Positions 26,230-36,700 of a stretch of 64,000 bases of DNA are shown here, one piece after another. A program made the position numbers and the translations under genes. Numbering within the stretch: the first letter of the stretch is position 1; every line of letters starts with the position of its first letter. The DNA comes from Raillietiella orientalis (lineage: Eukaryota). The stretch covers positions 1,054,001-1,118,000 of the forward strand of contig JAYWIR010000017.1 of NCBI GenBank assembly GCA_036172245.1, written 5' to 3'. The notes beneath the pieces were generated by a model, which worked only from the letters and a program-made list of their open reading frames with translations, was not told where the DNA came from and ran no database searches.

Positions 26230-26710
26230 GTACGGGAGGCATTGTAAAGCGCCTCTTCCTGCACGACACCCTCACGCCGGCGGCATCCCTAGCAGCACTT
26301 TGCTGCCTACGCGGGATCGTGGCTGCGGGGAGCGACGCAAGAGGGCACAGCGACAGGGATGACATCTGTTTTGCCGTCCTCTTCATGAGGACAGCGTCAA
26401 GATGGCCCCATCTGGGAACCATAAAACAGGAACTTGCCGGCATCCTTACAAGGATGCAGAGGACGCCCTCTAACACATAGTGATCCCTTCCTGAACCCTT
26501 CATTTTTTTGATTGTGTTTTTTGTTTTATTTTTTTCCTTTTGTTTGTCTCCCCTTCCCCTGTGCTGCCGAGGCGAACCCTGCTTGCCTGTGTGCCAGATC
26601 CCGGCAGGTTCCTTTTTGCACATATATGTAACGTAGCAGAACCGGGCGTCCTGCCACTAACTTGTATGTTTATTTTTTATAAGTAAACGTCCCGGCGCAA
26701 CCGGGTGTGA
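26230..26710 (+). mobile_element. LINE 3' end, near-identical to the 38.6-39.0 kb copy
   Basis: GGIVKRLFLHDTLTPAASLAALCCLRGIVAAG...RMQRTPSNT*, UTR, terminus cccggcgcaaccgggtgtga. Confidence 0.88.
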
Positions 26711-27351
26711 AGCCAGTCCGATGCAATCGAAGTAATCTTCCAGTTTCCTTCTTTCACGAGAAGAGAGAGTGGGATATGGAACTGCTCACGTTTAGTCAGA
26801 CTGTGCCCTCTTCCCAGGTTATCCAGTCTTTCGGACTCGTCCGATGACTTGACTAATCTTCCGGCTTCGTTCGATGAGTGTCCGAGATGGCGAATGAATC
26901 GAAGGCGAGCCATCTTTTCCTCTTCCTTGCTGGCGAGTTTGTTTTCGCCATTCGGTTCTGGAGAGATGGATCAAACACGTCTTTAAAAAAAGCTAATCGT
27001 GTTTTCCATGGTGCAACGGGTCACCATTCAAAGAGGCATGGAAACAGAAAGAAAACAATCCAAGTTTTCAGCTTTCCTGAAAATCGTGTAAAAACCCGAT
27101 CGATTTCTCGTTGAGGCAAATTGATGCTGCGACTGTTTCACAGAGGAACCCCGGAGCGGTTCGGTTCCACTGAAGGGGTGGTAAGTTTTGCTGAAATCCT
27201 CTCCAAGTGAAGCTCTGAAAGGAAATCAGAGACCTCAGTACGTGGCGTAGGGTACACAGGTACATGGACAGAGCTGGAAATTAGAAAAAAAAAAACATAG
27301 GTCTCCAGGTTCAATTTGAAAACAATAGCCGGAGGCATTATTATTTTCAAA

Positions 27352-27745
27352 TCAGCAGCAGAGGATCGAAACTGAAATTGCCAGCAGCATAGTCTCTGCA
27401 GCGGAGGATGCTACGGCAGCAGCATGATGTCCGGATGTCATTTCGAGAGCGATCAGATCTTCGCCGTCACCAATCAGATGCGCACCTTTTTCTTTCATCA
27501 GGAGTTGGGAAGGCAAATGCGCTACACACGTCGACAATTCGTTGGTTCCTCACTATCAAGGCGAGAATACTCACTATCAAGGCGGATCTTCCCGTGTACT
27601 TCCGAAAGGAAGTTCTTGGCAACACAGAAGTAGAGGCCCCTGTCGTAGGCGGACAGCCGGAGTATTGTCAGCCTATGGCGGTTCGTGTAAGAGTTTTCTT
27701 GCCTTGCCTCGATGACGTATTTGGGTCCAGATCTTAGAATGTCTC
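27352..27745 (-). CDS. DIP-like gene exons 7-8 (end of Ig3 and GPI-signal-like tail)
   Basis: ctttcag|GA: DILRSGPKYVIEARQENSYTNRHRLTILRLSAYDRGLYFCVAKNFLSEVHGKIRLD|gtgagt. Last exon ends ..EMTSGHHAAAVASSAAETMLLAISVSILCC*. Exon 7 is absent from the ORF track; translated manually. Confidence 0.88.
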
Positions 27746-30700
27746 CTGAAAGAGAGTGCTGATAGTCTGAGTTTAGGAAAGAGCTCTCGCTTCCTTTAAG
27801 GAGGCTGATGGCTCCGTCTGAGAGCGAGCTGCTCTCTTTCTTTTTCTTTTTTTTTTTCTTTCTTTTTTTCCCTTTTGGAGAATCAGGATGACGAAGTAAA
27901 GTTTCATTTTCTGGGAAAAACGGGTTCGCTTCACGGGAAAAGATTCCAGCGTTCTAACGGGATTAATGCTCCCGCGATTTCTCATTTTCCGAGCAATTAT
28001 GGAGCTACTCCTTTGTCTGGAGCAAGAAATATGGTCATCTGAGATAGCACCATTAATTTCCTTTTGCTGAGAAATCTCCAGCATCTCCAGATTCACGTGT
28101 TGCGTTCTCCACTGTTGAGAGGCGGAATGGAGTGTGCTTTTGCAAGACCCAGCCAAGGCAAGAACACCAAGGTGGCTTTTCCTAAGATGGATCATCGCTC
28201 TCTCCGCGGTCGCGGTCGCATGCCTTTCGAGGTAGTGAGCGGATTTTCTCTAAACGGTCACCTTTAGAATCTGCAGGGTCGCGTTCTGAAGAGTGTACCT
28301 CCGACCGTAATTCTGGCACATTGTAACCTGCGCTGCCCTTAATTGGAAAGAAAGGACACACTCTCCATCAGTAAGGATGTTTAGTTGTATCTCGAACTGT
28401 TGCAGAGCATTCTTGGTGCACCAAGAGCTCCCAATCTCTCTTTACCCGTGCGGCAAGTCCTCAAAGTCAAGGGGGATTTCCTACTCAATATGCATCCTAT
28501 ATATCTATCTCTTATTTATTTTACCGAAGGACTGCAGCGGCAAAGAGTATAATGAGCCACGAGATCGAAAAACAAGAGATGTCGATGCCTAGGAAACCGT
28601 GAACATGGGAAACCCTCGTGGGCTCTGACTTACGGGTTGATGCGGCAAGCACCGTCCGGAACTTTTTAGCTTCGGATCAACTGACTCAGCTCTGAGTTGC
28701 GAGTCTTTTTAATCGGACACTGCGCCGCCTGCGTTACAGCTGCTGCGAGCTGAAGGAGGGGAAAGTGGAAATCCGTTCCAAATAAGGAAATGAGGAACGC
28801 TGTCGGGGATCAGTGCAGAAAGAACACTCTCAACAGCCCAAAAAAGAACAGAGGAAAGAAAGCTTTGCAGGAACAATGGGAGTGAAGGGGATGAAATCAT
28901 GTGATCACGGATCTTTTTTTTTTTTTTCTTAAAAAAACAAACAAACTCTTTTTGTAATTTTCGAGCATATGACCCGTCCTTTAAAGAAACTTCCTTATTT
29001 CATCTCTATCAAAAGATTGGAAAGAAAGGGAAGCTTAAACGAGGTCAGAGAGAGGAAGGCTCAGATATCCATAGGAATTAACCATCCGGAGAAAAGAACG
29101 AAAACCTGAGCTGAGAAGGTTGTTGGAAATGCGTGGCAAATTCTGATCTCAGCAACTTTGAAAACAATGAAACTAGAAGGTAGAAGAATGCTGTAGCTGT
29201 GGATTGTGGCGCACCACCAACTGACAGTTTCACTTTCATCTTCGGTAAACATCCACGATCCACGATCCAATTCGATGACTCTTCTTTATCTGCAGAGCAA
29301 AATTTTTCTCCGGGAACGCGCACATACACACTTTGCATGGCAGACTTTTCTTCATTTACTAGCTTCCATGATTCGCTCATAGATGGTGCTGAATGAGCTT
29401 GGAATGGCAATCTAACAGCGGATCCACGAACGAGGTTTTTGTTGTTTACAGCGAAAATTTGCCTATTAAAGGCCAAAAACATGCAACCTAAGAAGCTGAA
29501 GACAAGAAGATCCGTTTGCATCTGCGAATTCCACGAGCTTTGAGGAACGAAAATAACGCAAAGTCTCTCCGAGGAGTACCAGAAACGAATAGAGCATGGG
29601 AGAATGAGAGAGAGAGGAGAGTGGAAGACACTAAGTGGCAAGGAACAAAAATGAAACACGGCCCTCGGATGTATAGGGTCGAGTGTAGAACAGCTGTTCC
29701 TCTCGTTTCAAGAGTCTCTTTTCCTAAAGAGACCCGGAATTCATCCCCAACATCCAGACCTGGAAGACTCACTCGCCGACCCAATTCCGTTTCGAGTGTC
29801 CCAGGACATGAAAATGTTCTCGCCTTTTCCTCCCGTCAACCTGCGCCTCCTCACCCATCCTGCGATCAGCACAAACTGGAGGACGCTTCACCTTCTTTGG
29901 TCCAGTAGAACACAGGGCGCGGAGAGGCCTCCACCACGCACTCGACGGTGGCATTGGACAGCTGCACCTCCGAATGGTGAGCGACGGGAACGGACACCAG
30001 CGGTCCAACTGGAAAAGGAGATTCCCGGAAGAGGATCGGTTGAGGGTTGTCCGAACGGGACCCCTGGAAGACCCACCACTCACAGTGAACGAGCAAAGTG
30101 AATCGCTTGCTGACTGCCGGAGGCACTCCATTCGATGCGATGCAGAGGTAGGTCCCCATGTCCACTTTGGTGGCTCCTCTGATGGCGAGAGTGGGGCCCT
30201 CGCTTATGGGGACTGGAAGAATCAGGAGGACACTCGCCGCGCTGCCCACGCACACGCAAGCGCCTGCCAGCCCCTCCCAGCGCGTTGTTCTGGAAACGGC
30301 ACTGCTGGTGTGTGTCATCCCTCCAAAGAGGAATGGTGGGACCTAGGAGGAGGAAGGTGGAACGACGATGCGCTGTGGAAAAGAAAGGGGAAGAGGACAA
30401 ACAGGATTTCTGGAGGGCCCTGAAGGTTGAGTCGCTGTACATTCGCACTTGGAGGGGCGAGGCAGAAGCCCATGCTGAAAGCGGCGGGGGTCCCCTAAGG
30501 GGTGGCTGCAGAAGATTCGAAATGGAAGTCCGGAAAAGGAAGAGAGGTGGACGAGGACGAAGAGTTTCAGAGATCGACTGCTATGCTACGCGGATAAGAA
30601 CAGCAGCAGCAGCAACAGCAGTTCCTAGTTGCCTGGCAACCGGGGCGACCTGGAACCTGGAAGATCGAACCCTTCGTCTCTCAGGAATCCCTGGAGACGC

Positions 30701-33700
30701 CGCCTTCTTTTCTCCCCACCAGTGCCCGGTGGGGAGAAAAGCACAAACGGGGAGGGGAAGGGAGGAAGATGCCCCCGGATGTTTGTCATCTCCTGGCCAC
30801 GGAAGGGATCCCCCAGCATCCCACATCAGTGGTGCTGAGAGACGGGGAGGAGATCTCTTCCCCTCCTTTGTGCTGAGTATGCGTCAGACTTCCCCGAGCC
30901 CTGCAGGAGGCATAGGATACCACTCACTGGTGTCGAAGTCGCGGAGGTTTCCCTGTAGAGGTTTCGCTGGGTCAGCGATCACCTTCTCCCACTTGACGCT
31001 CGGGATCGGGTAGCCGCTGGCCCTGCAGGAGAAGGTGACCGAGCCGCCTTCCTCCAAGACGACGTCGTCGGGGGAACCTGCGGTCAGGACATCCGGGGGC
31101 ACCAGCACCTCGAGGAACGCCTCCTACGCATACACCCGGTTGCGGGCAGCGCGAAAGCAAGGCAGGGGAGCGGGAGGGGAGGCAATTTGAGGGAACACGG
31201 GGTGGGGATCAGGACGTCAACGACCTGGCTGATCATGGGGTCCGTGTTGACCTGGCACATGTAGAAGCCGCGATCGCTCCTCCTGACCCTGGCCACGAGG
31301 AGCTTCCACGTGCCGTGCTTGTCGTGTAAGATGTGCACGTGAGGGTTGTGGGTGACCACGTGCGTGTGGATGGCCTGAATGGCTTTCGTGTCCGACTTGA
31401 TCCAGGCGACCTGCAAGAAGGAGAAACCCCTTGCTATCGCGGCAGTAGCTGCAATCGATGGCGACGGCAGCGATGGCGGCGGCGGTGGGGAGGAGGGAAG
31501 CGGGAGGAGGGAGGATGTCTCTTGGAGAAAGGATGGACCGCTTTTTTCTGGAGCCCTAGGCTCCGCTCGGTCACCTGACCCTCAGGGGAAGGGCCTGCGG
31601 GAGCCTGAAGGGACCCTCCAAGCATCGTTTGCTTGCACTCCCAGAGATGGCTCTGCATGCTGTGCAGGCCGGTGCACTCTGGCACGAACCCCACAAGAGA
31701 ATGGGGCGTAGGAGCAAACTGTCGCTCCATTTTCACTCAGGAGGCTCCTCCAGGAAGGGACACGGAGGGGTCGCGATGCCCTCCGGAGACGCAGTATCCC
31801 GGAAGGACTGGGAACGGGTAGCAGTGGAGCGGGAAGAAGCGGAGAACCCGCTCGGCGGAAGCCCCGCTTGGTCGACGAGTACAAGGGGGCACGCGAGCTT
31901 CTTGGCTCCTCCTTTTCGGCTCCGGGGATCTCACCCCACTCGACTCCGCGGGTTCCACAAGGCGAGGGCCCGTTCAGAAGTTCACACACCCCTGCGTCGT
32001 CCTGAGAATCCCCAGAGGGCTTTCGGGTCACTCCTTCGCTCCCGTTTCTGCTCCTTCCCCCTTCCCTCTCTGCTGCCCTCTCTCTTACTCCGAGGTCTGA
32101 ACTTATTTCGATCTCTCCCACATTCGTTCGCAACCCTTCCCTCAGTCAAACTCCCATGGGAAAAGGCGGGAAATGCGCTCATGGGGTCGCTGCTCGTCAG
32201 GCGCGCATCAGAAGAGGGATCCTCTCCTTCCGCCGAAGGGGAAGTGGATGCTGCAGCGAAGATCTCCCGCGGAGCTCCCGAGTGAGTCCTGAGGGAGGAG
32301 ACACACCGCTAGAGGTCGCCTGTCGATGCCCCTCGCGAGCAGGAGCACCCGGAGGAGTGCTCCTGCTCGCGACCCCAGGAACGCGAGCCCTGGGCGGGAG
32401 CTCCTGGGCCATCCTCTTGCCCTATCCCTAGGGGTGCAGGCGGCAGCCGCAGGACTGATCCGCCTGAGGCGCTGACTCACTCTGCTGCGCTGCGGGCGGG
32501 AGTTCAGTCGCAGGACAGCCAGGTCGCCTCGCGCTTCGCGGGGAACCGCGTCCCTAGCGACGCCTTCCGCAGACGATCGGAAGAGGCTCAGCTCCCGAAT
32601 CACCCTTCCTCGCTGCGCACCGCAATGGAAGGGCGGAGGACGCGTCCCACCCGTCGCGACTTTAGCGTGTGGAACGGGAGAGGGTAGGAAGCGGTGCCTC
32701 GCATCCCGGACGCGCGGAAAAGCACTCTCTCGGCTCAGGGAGATCTCAGAGATGCCGGGAGTCCCAGGAGGAGGAGAGGCGTGCCGGTATGAGCCGAAAG
32801 GCAGAGCATCCTCCTGAGGAGTAAGCCGAGGCGGAGATCTGTTCCCGGATGGAGCAGGAGGGAAGCGAGGATGAACGCCAAGGCGAGGAGGGTGAGGAGG
32901 TGCTGCGGACGGGGAAAAGGATGCGCTCCAGCGAGCGATCTTGGGATCCGGGCGGGCAGGAACCACGGCCAAGAGGGACGACCAAAGGAAGGGTGGCGAC
33001 GATCTTCCCGAGAAGGTCAACCACGCGGAAAGGAGCAGGAAAACTTCAAAAGGGAGAAGGGGAGGAAACATCCTGGAGAACGAGGAGGAAGGAGGAGGCA
33101 ATTTGGGAGCGAACACGACGGTGACCTCTCGCGTTCGCTTTTCTAGGAGACGCTCCTTGGAAGGATCGACTTGGCCGCCAAACGACTCTTCTAGGCAGCG
33201 GGATGCCTCTGGGGCCCAACAAAGGAGGAAGACCGACTCCCGGCGCGGAGGTAGCGAACCGAAGAGGCCACTGGCTGCTTCAGCTGGTTCGACCGGTGGA
33301 TAGTTTCCTCTTCAAGGAAGGAGTGGCCCTCGGTGGCCTGCCTTGCTCAACCGACCAGGCGTTTGGTCCGCCCACGGGGGATCCTCAATGCGAATCACAA
33401 TCTCACCTCTGATCCCGGAACTCTGCGCGACGGAAACCGAAGAAGGAACGATAAGCACTCGTTTCCTTGCAGGTAGGTCGGTGCGACACCTCCACGACCT
33501 CCAGGCGCTCTGGAACCGCCCAGAGACCCCGCTTTCCGGGAAGACCAGTCCGCCTGCTCCCGCAGGCTGAAGAGCTGCGAAATCCAGCTGCCGAGCGTCC
33601 ACCCATCGATCTGGTGGCTATCGAAGAGATCTCGGTGCTTCTGCTGGTTCTGGGGCGCCAGAGTATTCGGCTCCCCGCAGACCCGCGGAAGAACACCACC

Positions 33701-36700
33701 CGGGATACTCCTGCGCTGAAGAGGGTGAACGAAGTTCGAGCTGGCAAGAAGCAGGCCACCGATCACAAGCTCAGTCCCTCCTCCTTCTGAAGAGACCCTG
33801 AACACTCAGTTCTCGCGGTGCGGTACCACCTCTTCGGAGGGAGGATTCGCTGGCGCCTCGCATGGCGCTCCGTGGAAGAAACGCTTGGGGCGAACGAGGC
33901 CCAGCAGAACCGAAAGAGCACATCACCGAACTCCTCGCGCACGTCCGCGAAACGAATTGCCCCTTGGTCCTTGGTCAACGCTGAATCGAGAAGGGGGGGT
34001 CTCTTCAGCTTCCAGCCGCTACCGACGATCCCACTCCTCCCACCAGTCCGGAACGGAGCTGGAGCTGTCGAAGGTCTCTCGGAACACTACGACTACCGGC
34101 AAGCAGGCTGAATTTTGGAGACTCCGGCACGTTTTCGGGCTGAAGGGGTCCCCGGAGGGAGCAGCGCCGAGGCGGCAGCTGATATGGGTCAAATGAGCGA
34201 TCAGTTCCACACTGGTGCCGCACTGGACGAATCCTCCAAGAACGGCGCATGGATGCCGATGGGGATGGAGCAGGATGGGAACTGCATCGGCTGCATCTGC
34301 TCCGTTCCTTCGGCTCATCAGAATTCGGGAACCCAGGAATTGACCACTCGAATTGAGAGGGGGGAAGGGGGTAGGAGGGGGTGAACTCGTGTTCCACCCA
34401 GCACTGCAAGTGCGTCGCACACTCTTGCCAACCGTTTCCACCTCCGCGGATTTCGGGTTTCGCGTCATCTCCGCCCATCTCGGAAGGACTCACGACACTC
34501 CGAGTGGTTGAGGTCGACTCTGCCACTGGAACCTATTTCGGTCGCTTCCCTCCCATCTCAGTACACCGATCCACGAAACGGTTGGCATGAGGATGTGAAA
34601 AAGGGGGAAAAAAAGAAAAAAAAGCATGGACAGTTCGTGGCCCGGAGAACAGCGCCACGCAAGACGCGGAGCAAGTGGTGAAACACGTGTACGTCCCCAG
34701 AGGAAGTGGGGAAGGGAAGGAAACATCCGGGGGGCACGAAGCTCTTTGACACTGTCTACAACACCCTAAGGTGCGTGTAACTCTTCGAGGTATAGGGAGT
34801 GCCCTGGAGGGACCACCCTATGACTCCAGAAAGGTTCCAGGGAAACGGACAGCTTCCTCTTCGGCTCGTGAGGGAACCCCAAAGGGAGCCTCTTCCTCAT
34901 TTTCTCCAGAGGGACCCCCAGGAGGGGGCCGCTCCATTATTTCTTCTCCGAAAAGAACCTTTCCTGTTTCCTCTGAAGAGGACCCTGAAGGGAGCAGAGC
35001 ACTTGACACTCTGGAGAGGCATCAACCACCTCTTCGAGATAGAGGGTCGCCCCCGAGTGGGATGCACGGTTCCATTTGCAGAGGATGAGGGAAAACCGAA
35101 GGATTTATTGATTCCGAGAAGGACCCCGGATTTGTCAATTTCCAATCTCGACCATTCAACGGGGTCGTCCGGTTTCCGGCTTCCGTCAATGCCGCACCCG
35201 AAGCACAGGCGAACCAGCGCCATCCTGCGAGGAAACTCGAAACCCACGACGCACCCATTTCTGCTCTTTTTCCCGAAGGACGAGAGAGGTCAGCATGCGT
35301 TCCTCGGTGTAGTCAAGTCCATGGAGAATGCACTGGGCATGAAGAACAACGACCGCAGATCACACCTTTTGCCCATAGGAATCCTGGACCTGTCCGCCTT
35401 GACGGAGAAGGGATTCCGCATGGTGGACGACGTGAAGTACCTGGGCATCCACATCGGCTACGTCTCGTCGTCGCAGCTGCTGTGGACGGAAATCCTGAGC
35501 AAAACGCGATACGGAGCAGCCAAGTACGTCCGAGTCGACTTCGGCATGAAGCAGAGGACCAACTTGTAGAACGGCGTGCTCCTTCCCAAGGTGCTCTTCG
35601 GAGCCGACTTCTGCCGAATCGACAAGACGAGGACAAAAATGGAGAAGCCACAGAGGAGGCGGGAGTCCAAGCCGCGGTTCAGGCCCAAGTTGCTATGCCT
35701 CCCGCGAGAAGGTGGGACCGTAATGAAGTCGCTGCCTCGGGTCGTGGATCACGTGGATGAGCGACAACTCCCATTTCTCGGCGACGATCCTTTCCCCGGG
35801 TGAGAATTCAAACCCTCAACGCTTGGCATCACGTGCGGAGACTGCAGCCACACGGCCGCCCACGCGGGCTTGTTCTTCGAGGGGAAGCCCTAACAGGACA
35901 GCAAAAGTCCACATTTGCAGCAGTAGCGGTTGTGTAAGGCCACGTTTTCAGCTATCCTGAAGTCATTTGTTTCTTCCGCTCGTATACAAATGGCAAATGC
36001 CACCGTGTGACGCAATGAAATTCTCAGCAACGAACGCTCCAGACTCCGCACCTGCGGAGTGCTCTCGAAAGTGATGATCTGGATCGGTCCGCACCTTTCT
36101 GCTCCGACCTCAGGTGCTGCAGGTGCAGATGACATACCAGAGGAACGGATCCCAGCTTGCTACTTGCTCATCGGGACAGTCCCTGCCCGATGACTGCAGT
36201 TCACGTCCTTTCGACACCGTCCTCTAGACGTCAGTCCCGGAAGACGAGCCGTGTATCTGCAGTTGCACAACTCCAGAGGTCCCAACCGAGTGGGGGCATC
36301 CGGTTAGGCACGCGCGCTCTCGACAGCGCCGCGAAACGAGAAAAGGCCATCCGGCTCCAGAAAAGGCCATCCGGCCTGCAAATCCGTTGGTGAAGAGACG
36401 CGTCCTGCCGACGCCGCATGCGCAGCAAACGTCTCTCCCGAGCCGCGATTTCATCCACTTGGCCTCAACGGAGGAATGCGCCGTCGTACAATGAAAGGAG
36501 GATATCTCTTTTTTTTTTTGACGTTTCGACTTTCGCCACCTTCTCCTCACAGATGATGACTGATGATGGGCGCATTTGCTGGTCACTTTATGCACTCAGG
36601 AATGCCGCCGGACTACGGTTGTTTACGCGCGCCATGCCGCCTCTCAGAGGACGCAAAACGCCCTTGCAAACTCAGAGATGCTTTGGTCTCCTTCGGCAGA

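Noticed and set aside
29078..29659. 193-aa minus ORF as the DIP terminal exon
   Set aside because: Lacks the Ig3 YxC motif; the true continuation was found at 27745-27575.
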